From Perkinsus olseni (taxonomy: Eukaryota), in NCBI GenBank assembly GCA_013115125.1, contig JABANN010000164.1, positions 1 through 58,671 of the forward strand: 58,671 nucleotides of DNA, given 5' to 3'. Both the position numbers and the translations under genes were made by a program. The notes beneath the pieces are model-generated. The model ran no database searches and was not told where the DNA came from. It saw nothing but the letters and a program-made list of their open reading frames with translations. Of the stretch, positions 18,174-31,735 are shown one piece after another (the first letter of the stretch is position 1; the number at the start of each line of letters is the position of its first letter).

Positions 18174-20236
18174 CTAAGGTGCGCTGAACGTCAGAAGGGC
18201 GGAGTTGACCTCTGACGGTCCGCTAGAAGAGGAGCTGCAACGTTGTGTTGCGTCGGGTGGGTGGGTCTCCAGCAACACTGCATGCAGATATGTTCGACTG
18301 CGACGCGAATGAGAAGGGAGACGGTCGCGCCTGGGACGCGTCTCAGTAAGTGACACTCTAACTGCGCAGTTTGAGCGTACTGTCGCACAACGAAGCGCGC
18401 ATGCCATGCCCCGTGCTTACGAAGGTCGAAGCAGACTGGTCCTTTAATCGCCCAAACATCTTCCTGCGGGAAGACCCTCTGATGGCCCTCGGGCAGCTCC
18501 CACCTGCGCAACCACCTCTTCATTTCTCACGCGCTCGCCACTGGCTCACCATTCTGCTATGCGCTCCGGCGAGGCGGCTGTCCGGACATCGTGGTGCTCA
18601 CCTCAGCGACGCCCGTTGATTAGCACTCCACGCCGCATTCGTAGCTTTGCTTCTTACTTACTACTCCCAGCTCGCGCGCCTTCTTCCACTCAGCAGCTTC
18701 CGCCTCCTGCAACTCTTCCTCGGTTCGATTGTGAGTATACATCTGCACCAGCCTCGGCCAAAAACATCCAACTTGCCGCCAATTTCTGAGGCTCGTCCGC
18801 AACCGCTGAAGCTCATCCCACGGGGGCGCGGTGTCGTGCAGCAGCCGAATCGGCGCTGATCAGGGCGGAGACCTCCCAGCGCTATGTGACTGAGACCTCA
18901 CAAGTTGGCTGCTGGACTCTGGCTTCCTCCCCTAGGTTGCAGCATCGCTTCAGATCCCTCCCACAAGCAGTGGGCTTCTCCTCGATATCAGGGTCACAAC
19001 ACCTGTAATGCCATCCGTCTGATGGTACAGCACACAGCAGCCCAGTGTACATCTCACAGCTCTCATGCGTCGTCCATGCAATCCAAGGCCAGCAGCCCTC
19101 GACTTGGAGTGGTATACACGCCCTGAACGCAATACACGGGTTGGGATTCCTCCACACTGGTGATCCCCGCACAGTTTTCTCCTGCGAAACTATTAGGGGT
19201 GTGATGTACCATGCGTCCTACTCAGTGGACTATACTACTGTATTTGGGAAGAGCCTATCAATAGTGAACAACAAAAGCGTTTCCTTCCGACGCATCTCCA
19301 AGGTATGTCCATGGCACCCGAAATAAGACCTTGCCATGGCTTGAACATTAATGAGGAGGAGGCACCCGTGAGGTGCATTCCAGGTCCACGAGCAGCAGCA
19401 CCCATTCTCCCTCCCATAAACGAGTTGATGATTGCCAGCAGCAACTGTATGGCTCATCACTCCTCGAACCTTTCGGCCGCGAAGGTGACAAGGTTAAATT
19501 GTGCCCTACCCGCAAGAAGTCGTCGAAGAAAGCTGCCCAGGAGGCGGCCGCCCTCATACAACACTCCACAGCGACACTTCGACCATCAATCACGCCAACA
19601 CTCACCGGTAGGCCGTATCAGCATACTTCTCCCCTTGGCCTGGATCGATGACTATACCCTGTAGGGACAAGGGCACTCTGCCCTGCAGGACGTCTGAGAG
19701 CACCTGATCACGGCATCATGGGCAGCCTCAAAGATTCCTTCCCAACTACTGCAATACCGTTGCGTTGAGGGGTAGATCTTCTCTGCTGTGCTCGAGCATG
19801 CAGGACATCCTGAACATACCAAACCACATCACCCCAGCGGCGATTAATGAGGTCAGCCAACCCATATTGTATCAGCTCGGTCCCCATGGCCATGTAATTG
19901 AGCACCCCCTCAATGTCGCCTTCTAACGCCCGCTTCCAGGCACAGAGAGCCATGAGCGCTGCCTGAGCCGCAGGAGCCAGTCGGCGCTCGTCCAATAGAC
20001 ATGCTAGAACAAGTTGCACACGATTCGAGCCTCCAAGAGTGATTGGCACCCTCGCAAGACTTCGATGTACGGATGTTATGGTATGCAATCATTGCTTAAG
20101 GAATACTGGCGATGGCTCTTGCTGATTTTCAAAATCCAATACGCCACACGAGGAGCTGGGTAGTTGAACAGAGGTGCTGCAGTGACTCTTGATAGTGTTA
20201 CTGTATAGGGAGCACCATGCGAGAGTAGTCCACCTC

Positions 20237-20294
<58 letters not shown>

Positions 20295-21377
20295 CTGCCC
20301 AGGAAGGCAGAATTTGCTGAGCCAGACAAGCGGCCAGAATTGACTCCTTCCCGCTTCTTCAAGTACGTCCTACACGCTGCAGTAATGACCAGACTTCAAC
20401 GCGAGACGTGCTTACCAACAACAGCTCCGATAGCTGTGAGGGATTGGAAACGTTCAAGGGGACCATCTCCATGTCGTAGACCATAGATGGGCCTCTCTCC
20501 TGATGACAGTCGAAAAGATTAGCCCCGCATGGAAGTACCACGCGGTTCCTTCATTCACCATCATCGACAACCATCAGGAATCACCCAGGAGGGCATCCCA
20601 CCTCGCAGGTGACAGGCAGCTGCTCCTCGACTGCAAAGACCCTCCCAGTATCCATCAACCCGCCTGTCCTTTCCAGCACTGCGTATCTGCAATGACCACT
20701 CAACAGCGGTCTGATATTAGCGGAGCGAAGCAGGTATTGCTTCCCACCTTTGTATAGCAGTCACAACGCTGAACCAGTAGTTATTGAAATGGTTGCACTC
20801 GCATAGGGTGCCTGTCAGCGACGTTTACCCAAGATGGGCGGACACCAGTGATTCTACCGCGATGTATTGTCCTGTAAGGGAGCACCACCGGCAGGGCCGC
20901 GGCAGCCAGTAGACCGGAGACGAGCATACACGCCGGATGACGCTGGCAGAGAATAAGTTGATGATTGCGCTGACCCCTCCCATTGACCACGAAACAGCAG
21001 GCATAGTTAATGCAGAAATGGGACGGTATAACAGAGCCGAAGAAAACGATGGCCGCCGAGAGGACCACCATCAACCTGAGAACGGCCACATTTCTTAGCG
21101 GGAGCCTAACGCTTCTATTACGAGTGCCTTCCTGCTCACTGTCCTGTGGGGCAATGGGGCAATACTCAGGCAGCAGCATATCTTGGGTGGATGCCTGTTC
21201 TTCACGGAGCTCGTCGGGCTTCCACGGTGACCAGATATACTCCATAGGACCAGGCGGGAGGGTTGGGAAGTATCGGCTACTCGGCATTGCGCCAGAATTG
21301 AGAATTCGCCGCCACACTGATTGGTTCGAAGAGCCAGCAGCATCGGTCAATGGAGTGCTGCTTCTACTACCGTTCAA
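18174..21377 (-). CDS. One or two multi-exon hypothetical genes; the 5' part has hydrophobic (membrane) segments
   Basis: Exon-like segments with short introns; hydrophobic stretches VAVLRLMVVLSAAIVFFGSVIP and MLVSGLLAAAALPVVL. Gene boundaries not resolved. Confidence 0.35.
20237..20294. repeat. (CTA/TAG)n microsatellite, about 19 units
   Basis: Perfect trinucleotide run. On the minus strand it starts at an apparent intron donor (CAG|GTAGTAGTA...). Confidence 0.95.
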
Positions 21378-22287
21378 CTCAACCTGAAGACGATGAAAGA
21401 TACGGACCCCAACAGCAGCTACGACGACTACGACGAAAAAGAGGAAGAAGTCACCCCCACCGCAAACCCGGCACTCAAGTCGGTTTTATCGGAACTAGAT
21501 TACCTTAACGGATTTTCTATCGGAAGCCCACTCTCAGTTCAATACATCGGCCGACTCAGTGTATCTACTCATTATGACTGTACTCACGCCAGAGTGGCAC
21601 CACTCCCAGGTAGCTATCCCCGACCGACGTCCCCACCGACCCAACAACACCTCACCTTGAGCGGCGGTGGTAGCAATGGTTGCGCCAGAAGTAGCAGTAG
21701 AAGTGCTCCAAGCACGGGGATGAGGCAACCCACGCAGAGAACTCTGAAAGGGAGTATGAGCTCACATAGGTGGGGCGATGGCGCTACACTCACTGAGCAA
21801 GATTGACGAGACCTGACACTTGGTGAGCTGTCTCCAGCTGCCTTTCTCTCTCCCTCACTTGGGTGTTGGCATCCTCTAAGCTTTCTTCTCGCTGCTTCCT
21901 GTAGAAAAGGGAAATTATTCACACGAGGTGCAGGGATCCAGGGCGTGCGTTTTATCCAATAATACACGGCCACAAGTGTGACGACTTCCGAGTAGTTCAT
22001 TTCTCACAATCAGGCATAGCCAAGGGTGGTGTTAGTAGCACAGTATATAATAACGAGAAAACGTAACGTGCAACAATGAGGGCACTATGGCACATGGGAA
22101 AGTGAGGCCAGTATGCCACCTGAAACAGAGTGATTCTTTTCTTCAGCACCGAGTGTATGTACAGTCACTTAACAACGTTATATCGTACAACACGACCCTG
22201 GCTGTCCAATGGACAGTGTCCATCTACCACTCTCAACCAAATTCATGTGCTTAATCCACCTGTCGATCCTCATCCCCCCTCCGCACA

Positions 22288-23130
22288 CTACAGCTGTTCC
22301 TTCACAGTATCGTTCTCATCCTCCAAAGCCTTGTACGCCTTCTCCAAGGACTGATACTTCCTCCGCAATCGAGCCATCTCCGTCGACTCCCTAGCTAACG
22401 TCCAGTCTCTGGTATCGGCCGTAGTGGACGACGTTGAGCCCGTACGGCTCGACGACGACCTGCGTCGTCTTGACGGCAACGCCGATGAACTGAAGGATAC
22501 AAAACAGAAACAGAATTGACGAGAATGAGATAACAATTCACAGCCCGCCCTGGAGCACTGACTATCGTCCACTCACTCTGATAATCTCATCACAAGCGAT
22601 GATACCATGATATACTTCACGTGGTGATGCTGCAAACTACAAATCTTGCGAGAACAATGACGAGGTAATTCAAGTTCCTCTTTCTGCCGTATTCTAATAC
22701 TGTGATCGGACAGTCGGGACGGACCATGGGTGACCCTCACCCTACCACCTTCGAGCACTGTCATATTCCTCTCCTGACTGGATATCCTCCAAAGCACCGT
22801 AGCGTCGTGTTGTCGAGGGCCGACGACGCCGACGCGACTCACTCCGGTTGAGTATCCAGTCTATAGGGTTAAACAAAAGTCCGAATAGAATGTCTTTATG
22901 ATTACAATAAGAAAGGACAGACAACTGATAACGACAACGATTGGAGCCAGTACCCCTGCAATTCCCCACTGGTGATGATACTAACGCAACGACTAAGGTG
23001 CTTCCTTTGGAGAGAGTAGTTGCAGCAAAGGTGAGACGAGCATGAGGCCCTCGAGCTCAGGACGAAAATAGCGGAGCCAGTCCACAGCGTTGTAGAGTGG
23101 GCCACCACAGCGAGAGCCTGAGGAGCCTCA
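22288..23130 (-). CDS. Small multi-exon hypothetical protein with C-terminal coiled coil
   Basis: Terminal exon RESTEMARLRRKYQSLEKAYKALEDENDTVKEQL* has a heptad pattern; upstream exons and start uncertain. Confidence 0.4.
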
Positions 23131-23335
23131 ATGAGAGAGATAACAGTGGGTTATGATAGGCCAGGATCTGCAAAGGGAAGGAGATACTGGCCTACAACGA
23201 TTGTACAGAATACTACAGCTAGAGGTGTCAGAATAGAGTCATTGACGTTGACACCTCTCGGCTGTTGCATTCGAATAGTATATTACAGCACCAACAGCGT
23301 GGCTATCGCTGTTGGTACGAGAGGCGAGAGCAGGG

Positions 23336-25390
23336 CTACTTCTTCGCCACGACCGTCTTAGCGACTTGAGGGGCTCTCTTACGGTGGCCAGACCGTAGTA
23401 CTTGCTTCGTCAATGACTTCTTATAATCTTCAATACTGCCGTCCCACCTCTTCACGCCGTGATCAACCACCCAAATCTCCTTGGCAACTTGCGAGATCAG
23501 ACGGAAGTCATGACTAACAAGAACGAGGCCACCATTGTAGTTGTTGATGGCCTTAGCGAGAGAGTCGATGCAGGACATGTCCAAGTGATTGGTAGGCTCA
23601 TCGAGTAGGAGAACATGAGGGTTAGCGAGGGCCACCAGACAGAAGGCCACCCTAGCCTGGAAACCGTGGCTCATGGTCTCCATGGGTTGAGTCTGCCACT
23701 GACCAGTGATACCGAACTGGCCCAGCTTAGAACGCCACTCCTCCACACCGAGGACCTTCGTGCCGTCGACCGTGGCAAGACCGTCGGCGAACTTATCGCG
23801 CATGAACTGCAGAGGTGTCTTGGTCAAATCAAGCTGATCGGTGGAGTGCTGGTTGAACCTCCCCCATCGCAAATGAGCATGACGGGAGATGGTACCGAGG
23901 CTGGGCTCCAACTTACCCTCCATCAGCTTCAGGAGCGTGGTCTTGCCAGCGCCATTAGGGCCAACGAGGGCCACTCGAGAATCCAGATCGATACCAAAGC
24001 TAATGTGCTTGTAAAGGATATCCTTGACCTTACCACTGTAGGCGAAAGTGACGTCGTTGAAGGAGCACACCGGTGGAGGCAACCTGTCGCACTCGGGGAA
24101 CCGGAAGGAGTATACCGGGTCAGGGACGGGCTTAGCAGTGAGGCCAGCCTCGACCATCTTGTCAATGATCTTCTGCTTGGACTGAGCCTGACGGACCGCC
24201 TTCTCCATTCCGCCACTAGTGGCGATGAACTGCTTCAAATGCTTGATGTCATCTTGCTCCTTCTTCCACTTCATCAACTGGTTCGCCTCGTTCTCGGCAC
24301 GAGTACGTACGAAGGTGTCGTAGTTGCCGCTGTAGTACTCGAAGGTCCCCTGGCAGGTAAGATGCCAAATATTGGTACATACGCCGTTAAGGAAATCTTG
24401 CGAGTGCGATACAACGACGAGAATCTTGTCGTATTTAGACAAGTAGTTCTCCAGCCAAATGCATGCCTCCAAATCGAGATGGTTGGTAGGCTCATCAAGT
24501 AGCAGCAAAGTAGGCTTGACGAACAACGCCTGGGCGAGCGCTACTCGCATCCTCCAACCACCACTCATGTCCTTCGTCTTCTTCTGGACCATATCTTCCT
24601 TGAACCCGAGACCAGTGAGGAGCTCCCTAGCCCGAATCTCGAAGGTTTGAGGGTCCAACTCGTCCAAGCGGAAACCGATCTGCTCGACCAAGTCCATGTT
24701 CTCCGGATGGTTCTCCATAATATCCATCATGAGGGCCTCGAGCCTCTTCTGCTCAGTCGCGACATAACTGATGACGGCCTCGAGAGCAGTCTGCTCAGAA
24801 GGAGGATACTCCTCGTGAAGAAGCCAGATATCAACATAGTCGGGTATGTCGACCTGAAAAGAGCCACAACACCTACACGCCGCCAACTGCACCCCTCAGA
24901 GCCACTCTCTTTGCTTACCATTCGGGCGGCCAATGCCTGCAAGATGGTACTCTTACCACTACCATTGAGACCGATCATACCGTATCTTCGGCCCATGTTG
25001 AGCTCCAGAGTGGTATCCTTGATATACTCCTTGCCTTCAATAATCATACTGAACTGTTCGATTTTGATATCCTTGGCCAAGTACTGCGACGTTCGATGAC
25101 CAGTGATGGTAGCGTGCTGCAGGAGCTCGGACTTCTGCACAGTACCAACGTCCTGGATCTTCTTCTCAAGCTCGGCCTTAGTGTCCACGGACTAAAACAC
25201 ACAACACTGAGCCACGTTCGACGGAGCGGGGCTGGCCCGCTGAAGTGCCACAGAATCGATACCACATTTTTCGCAAGCCTGCCACAGGGCTTACCTCTTC
25301 GTCACTTTTAGTGGACTTGTATCCTCGTCGTTTCTCCATAGCCTTTTGCTTGGCTAGCTTTTTACGTTCGGCCTCTCGCTTATTGACCAT
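23336..25390 (-). CDS. ABCF2: ABC-F family translation-associated ATPase (ABCF2/ARB1-like)
   Basis: Two ABC domains and no transmembrane segments: GLNGSGKST, MSGGWRMRVALAQALF..LLLDEPTNHLD, linker FRFPECDRLPPPV, GPNGAGKTT, LLLDEPTNHLDM..LVLVSHDFRLI. ATG at 25390, with introns near 25190-25290 and 24856-24918. Confidence 0.95.
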
Positions 25391-25750
25391 GATAGAGAGA
25401 AGTAATAGAAGGAAGAAGAAGGAGAAGTGGCAAAACTACCTCAATGATCCGATACAAGTTCAGAAGGTAACAGCTCCCATAATCTTCGGAATAATTGAAG
25501 CGTCACGCGCCCTGAATTTAACTGCAGTTTTCGACCCGACCACGATGCCCTCCACGGCCCCGACATTCTGATGGGCACCGCTTGCTCGATACAACAGCGT
25601 CCAAGATATGCCAGGCCCCGGCCAGAGACCAGCACCACTCTGATCGATCATTGTGGCGTGCGCTAAACTCGTCAAGATGTCGCTCGCCAACAGCTTGATC
25701 GATACCGGCAATTCTCTCCTCGAGAGTCAGCTCAATCAACCCCCATCACA

Positions 25751-26501
25751 ATGAAGAGAGGTAATAAGGAAGGCGATGGTGCTGAGGACTCGACTATGGG
25801 TCGTGGGAGGGCTCCGCGTTAGTCCCGAGGCCTCTGCGGTTGTTTTGATTTTGTACGTAGTGAGCTGGTCACGGTATTGCCAGTGGGTGATCGTAGTGCC
25901 CTCAATCGTGGAATTGATAGACCGATCATTGTTCCTACTGGCATGACTTACGTTGTGAGAAAAGCGTTGGAGTTGGCTTCGTTATGGTTGGTATCGTTGG
26001 TTATTTTTTGTTTTTTGTAGGACGCGGATCCGGAGGCGCTAAGATGCGCATCACCCTCGGTCTTAACACCGGAGCTATTCTTAACTGTGCTGATAACTCC
26101 GGCGGTAAGAACCTCTACACCATCGCCGTCAAGGGTACCGGTGCTCGTCTTAACCGACTTCCCGCTGCCAGTCTCGGAGACATGCTCATGTCCTCCGTCA
26201 AGAAGGGAAAGCCCGAGCTTCGTAATAATCGGGGAAGGCCTTTCGCTGTTGCCGGTCGTCGCCATCTCGGTGTTTTGTATTTCTTCTGTCTGTAGGTAAG
26301 AAGGTCCTTCAGTCTGTCGTCATCCGTCAGCGTAAGGCCTGGCGTCGTCGTGAGGGTGTCTTCGTCTACTTCGAGGACAACGCCGGAGTTATCGTCAACG
26401 AGAAGGGTGAGATGAAGGGTTCCGCCATCACTGGCCCCGTTGGCAAGGAGTGCGCTGAGCTCTGGCCCAAGATCGCCTCCGCTGCTCCCACTATCGTTTA
26501 A
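25751..26501 (+). CDS. RPL23: 60S ribosomal protein L23 (uL14); exons 25751-25760, 26021-26221, 26296-26501
   Basis: Spliced product [113 protein letters not shown]. Confidence 0.97.
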
Positions 26502-27231
26502 AGCACTAGACGACGTATGATAGCAGTGTGATGATGATGTTGATCGGCCGGCATCAGTTGACCTTTCTCTTGGGGGAATTATTAACGAGGATTTGAGTTC
26601 AGTTCTGTATAGGGGGTATAGCATTTCGCCGTCGAATTTGTATGATCGTAAGCTTTCTGCCGCTCGAACCTGCTACACGGTACCGTCGTAGGTGAGATCT
26701 CGGCTGCTACTGGGCCGATGCCGATGATGATTAGACTCGGGCGTGTGATCAAATCTGAGCTGCTTTTACACCCCTACCGACTATGACAGTGTATCTCTTT
26801 CGGTATTAGCTAGAGGATGGTTGTTTTCTTCGTCACAGGGTAGGGGCTGATAACCGGTGATTCTCCTTGCCATGCTGTATCCTTTGTGTTGCTGGTGAGC
26901 TCGTGGTTGGGGGCGCGGTGCGTGTCGGAAGTGAGTGACGGCATTACCGCGTCACTCTTGATGATGCAGGTATATGGAAACTCGAGAAGCAACTGCCGAG
27001 TGTTTGAATTCACAGGCACGTCACGCGCACGAACATGAAAACAGTAACAACGACACAGATGGATTCACGTCTTGGCACGCCGTGCTGCCTCAACTTACAT
27101 GACCCTCATTGATTCATATTAACCTAGAGACAGGTGAAGCTACGATGATATCATCAGTGAGGAGAACACATGCTTCCACACGCAGTCCACTTAAGCTGAT
27201 CAGCCTTACACCACTTTAGGGCGTCTTTATT

Positions 27232-28811
27232 CTACTTGGCATCCATCGGTCGATCTCTTCGCACGGAATATCCTGCCGAAACGAAGCTGCCGCCGCCGCT
27301 AAGAATGACGGTGTGCCGTCTCACCTTGAGCTTCCGATTCACTTGAGGCTGGCGATACCAATAACATAAGAAGCTGACGAACATGTTAGGTTCTCGTTGA
27401 CCCATCGCCTTCGAGAGTCTCATAAGGTTAGCTACGGCATCACCACAGAATTGCTTCGGAATAGGATCGCTCGGGGCTGCCTTGAGTGTGGTCGTTGCAA
27501 GGACCTCTGTGACCTCGCCGAGAGTGTCCTCCAGGACTTGGCATCTACCATCAGGTTTCCTTCTCACCAAGCTATGGGTAAGAGGGTTGCTGAGGAGGGA
27601 AGGCGAGGAAGTCTCGTTGTGGCTGCTGGCCGCCGAGGACTTACTGCCACCAAGTGAAGTTCTTGCATCTCAGCTCGACAAGATTCAAGTCTCTTGATTT
27701 CGCGGTGAGGGAGAAAGCCAACGAGTTCGCATAACGAGAAACTTCACAAACTGGTCCGTACCGCTCCATGCCATCTTCGTAGTATCTCATCTCTGGTACG
27801 TCTATTTCGTGGATCTGAACAGTGTCATGAGTGATCAAAGCCACACTTCTCGATGAGGGCAAGGCCGGCTTGCGGCATATTCAATCACAGACGGGATATC
27901 GAGCCAGAGACTCACCTTAATTTCTCTTATGGGAACGAGGGGGATATTCCTGCTCGAACTCGAGAGGCCTCTTTGAGTCAGGACTAAGCCGCTCGGGCCG
28001 GAGCCACTAGATCCACCGCCGTACGAACGCAGAAGCCAGGAGTACCCCATCGACTCCCGAGAGAGGGAAGAATGCACCTACATCACGCGTTGCCCTCGTC
28101 AACATACTGACAAGTGATACTGAGATCTCTTCGACTAACCTGCGGATCCACGACGAGCACCTCATCCAGTTCGAGGTACGACGGGCAGAGATATCCGAAT
28201 AAGGAATCGCCAGCCTTCTCTGCGGCAAATCTGTACATCTCCGAGACCATACTCCGACAGTTGTCTTCGGTCACGGGTTTACCCACATACCGCTCCGGTA
28301 GAAGCCGGTCGAGGGGCGTTCTGACTCTCTCTGGGCCGTGAACCACATTGTAATAAATATCATAGACGCCCACTAGTCGTATAGTGCCGTAGTCGAAGTC
28401 GCTGAGGACAAGGAGAGGCTCTCGAACCAGAATTGGCAGCGTATCTTACTGTATCCAATTGAGTCTACCGCATTGAACTTCAGTAGTTTTCACGCCATTC
28501 TTCCCTCGCTTCTCCACATAAAAGGTGAGGCTGCCCCGGGGATGGCTCACTCGGCATGCGCGGACTGCGTTCACTCCCCGGGTATCATCAATCTGTGCCA
28601 CATCCACCACATCGAAGATGCTACTGGTAAGGGCGGGATCGACCGCCTTCGCGACTCGGTAACCCGACGGGACAGTTGGCTGGGGGCCCTCTCCGGATGC
28701 ACTGTCCCTCTGTCTGGCGGATCGAATGTGTCGTGGAGTCGCCGCGTGAAACAGGTAACGCAGGGAGCAAAGGAGAGCACCTAATCTCGTAGTAAAACCG
28801 GTAGACAACAT
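27232..28811 (-). CDS. Lineage-specific hypothetical protein family, copy 1 (multi-exon)
   Basis: Exons VRACRVSHPRGSLTFYVEKRGKNGVKTTEVQCGRLNWIQ, GVYDIYYNVVHG..VTEDNCRSMVSEM..LFGYLC..LVVDPQ and VLEDTL..QFCGDAVANLMRLSKAMG are shared with copies at 32-33 kb and 35-36 kb. Confidence 0.7.
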
Positions 28812-28869
28812 GATAGAAAGGGAAACTGAGAAAGCTGATTTCCGAGATCCGACGTTCACGTTAGCGCCC

Positions 28870-30351
28870 AGCTAGTGTTCGTATTGTCGTATTCCTTCAG
28901 ACTTGATCTCACCGGGGAGTCTGTTGCCGCGATGAGCACAGACATTGTTGTAGTGGGTGGGAGAGGTGCTGCCCGAAGGAATACTGAAGATCCCGCCCTG
29001 GAAATTGACGTATTGAGCACCTGCTGTAATTCGTTTCAAGAACATGCATGCATCGCCTTCAGGGTGCCGAAGGACGACCTAACGGTCAGTAGCCGGGCGA
29101 GATGATTCCAGTAGCGATGACCCGATTTCGTGAGAGTCACTTCCTTGCACGTCAGGATGGGACAGTATTGGTTCCGTCCACCGAGAGGCAAGTTTGACCC
29201 ATCACGTATCTTAACCACGCTGAAGTTCGACAGTTTCATGCCTCTTCGAATCCGCAAGGAAGAAGGCCACAGAATTTCTCCTCACTCTCCCTTTTGGTCC
29301 GATCATATAGAAGAAATCGGTCCACAATAAGTCCGAGTACCCCCTTTGTCTTCATAGCCAAACACGAGAAACTCTCATGTGAGGAAGCATGCATGCGCGC
29401 CATAGCATCGTGTTGCTGCTTCACAGGCGTGGTTGCACTAGCTTGTAATGTCGGCGGGCACTCGAAGATCGTGGGAATCACTGGACTCGCCAGTCCCATC
29501 TTTCATTCTCGGGTAGCTCTTCCAGAATCGCCATCACGGCGTCTTGTAACCTTTCGACAACCTCTTCCAGCTGCTCCCCCTCGTCAACGTGTACCTACGT
29601 GTCCCTCAGCAGGAGGTCGCCATCTGAGGTCGGCAACTCTCTACTTTTACATCTAGCAGCCTACCGCCGAGTTCTGTCGAGTGTTCTTCAGCCAAAGGAT
29701 GGAGTTCACTGAGGAGGTGCCGCAAGGCTTTCACCTAAACTTGAAGTTCTTTCGGTTTTGGCGTGGATTCTCCACAGCTTACGACCCGAGCTCCCGAGTG
29801 TTTGGTAATGAGCACTGACGAAGGGGAGGAGGTAAGGTAAGCCAACCATCCTTCGCTCAACTCTCTCTGGACTAACTGGGAGAGCAAATGATCATCATGA
29901 ATCCTGTGGAAGAGTTGAGGCCGTCAAGTCCACCGTGATGAGATCTGTGGCCTGGTCAAGGACCGTTGCATCCGTATCTTCGTATTGGGGGCTGTCGTAC
30001 CTTCCGATGACAGACAGTAGCCGAACAGAGGGAAAATGAAATGGTCTCCTAACCGGGGCTATCAGGAAGTGCCATAACGACAATACAATGGCTCTGTTCA
30101 GTTCTTGTACGGCTAACTCGAGGCAGCAGCGGGTTTGCGGTAGAGATAAGCTTACAGGGAGATTCGGAAGTACGAAGTCTCATGTACCAACTTCGGTGTC
30201 GAAATGTTCTCTTCAATTCAAAGAGGCGACCTTGTAGTAGATACGACAGCGAGACCGACCCCCTTAACATTGTAGCATTAGTTGTCGCCTTCGGCCGATT
30301 ACGCAACCCCACGGGGACCTCTTCTGTGGACGAGTCTTCACTGGAGTTCAT
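28870..30351 (-). CDS. Multi-exon hypothetical gene
   Basis: ATG at 30351 (MNSSEDSSTEE) and exon-like segments with GT..AG gaps; no domain recognised. Confidence 0.3.
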
Positions 30352-30362
30352 GGACCTTCCCG

Positions 30363-31735
30363 TCAGCCAGGCGGCTTCACTGGAGCGCGATTGAGCATCG
30401 CCCTGCTGACAGCAGCACGCTTACCCCGGAGTATCTTCCTCCTCAGACCCTTCATCGGGTACTGGTGTAGAGGAGCACAGCTTGAGTAGAGAGAACTCCG
30501 CCTGTCGTAGTCTATCATGAGGGCCGGTATGAGAGTACGCGGCTGCACCTTGCGTTCACGAACGCGAGAGGCAGCATCAATCCCATCGAGCTCGTTATCG
30601 ATCTCGTTGAGAAGCTCCGAGAGTCTCTTCTCCTCTATCGCAACCTGAGAGCGGCGTCAAGAGATGAGCATGTGGGGACGCGGTGATTCATCCTTCTCTT
30701 GTGGGGAAGGAAGCCCAGCTCAGCCCGACCTTCGATAGCATTTCTTTTACACGACAGCCCGAAGCATCGACCGTCTCTTCGATACTCTCTCCGTCCGACG
30801 AGAGCTCCTCGTCCTCGTCCTGACCATCACATGCACCGTGTGTGTCACCAGTCACCCCTCACCCGAGCCAGTGAGCCTTCTGATTCCGAAGAGGAGCTGC
30901 CTCCCGACACGGCCGCTGATGGCAACTCCTCCTCGTTGAGCAAAGGGTCACTGTTCTTGGCCCGCTCAAACGCCTCGCACGATCTTTTATGAGTACACTG
31001 GTTCAACCCACAGACGTCGCCCCTTGCCTGTACGGAACTGATGTTGCCGCCTCATGAAAGGAGATGAGCAGCTTGTTGGTCTTGTCGGAATCCTTCCCAC
31101 AGATGACTGGCACCAACAAATCCGTTCGTCCTCACTCGAATGCTCACCACCCCGCAGAGGGTCGAGATCGATCCGTCGGCGCAAGGCGTGCTCTGTAGTG
31201 GAGTGCAGCAGCGTGATGAATTCCAGCTTAGCGTCTCTTGTGCTGAGTCCTCCAGGAACTTCCCTGACGATTTCGTCTCCTATAAAGGCAGGGGCGGAGG
31301 TATCCGCGGTGACGACTCGGCGCCGAATAGCTCACCAAAGCCTGTCACGACTGAGACCTCGGACACGATATCGTAGAGGAACTTTACCGGCGGTCGCGAT
31401 AGGAGCTTGCCCGTAAGCTTCGGCCTTGTGATTAGAGAACCAAGCTTACGCTGGTTTTCCGCTACTAATTGTGACAGTGCGATACCCTCTACATCATCTA
31501 CAAGGGGGTTGTCGTCAGGAAAGGGACCGGTCGTCGTCGATGCTCCCTTCTGCTCCGGTGCGTTATCCTCCTCGGAGACCTGCGCAAGTTCGTGACAGAG
31601 CTCGTGCTGCATGCCCGATATCATTGCCGCTAGTGATGACGCATCAAAATGAAACTCAGGGCGTGTCAGATAGATCGAAGCGTCGCGCGTCTTCGTGCCT
31701 TCTGTAGAAAATGGCTCCAAAGGGAGGACTTCCAT
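30363..31735 (-). CDS. TRAF3IP1: IFT54/TRAF3IP1 (MIP-T3) CH-domain-containing protein, multi-exon
   Basis: ENQRKLGSLITRPKLTGKLLSRPPVKFLYDIVSEVSVVTGF, RDAKLEFITLL and VICGKDSDKTNKLL parallel the IFT54 motifs [55 protein letters not shown]. Coiled-coil exon near 30550-30645. Confidence 0.7.

Noticed and set aside
23615-24502. 295-aa plus-strand ORF
   Set aside because: Antisense shadow of the codon-biased ABCF2 exon; no independent features.
26720-26760. ATGATGA..CTGA, possible C/D snoRNA downstream of RPL23
   Set aside because: Boxes too close together, no terminal stem and no convincing rRNA-complementary guide seen.
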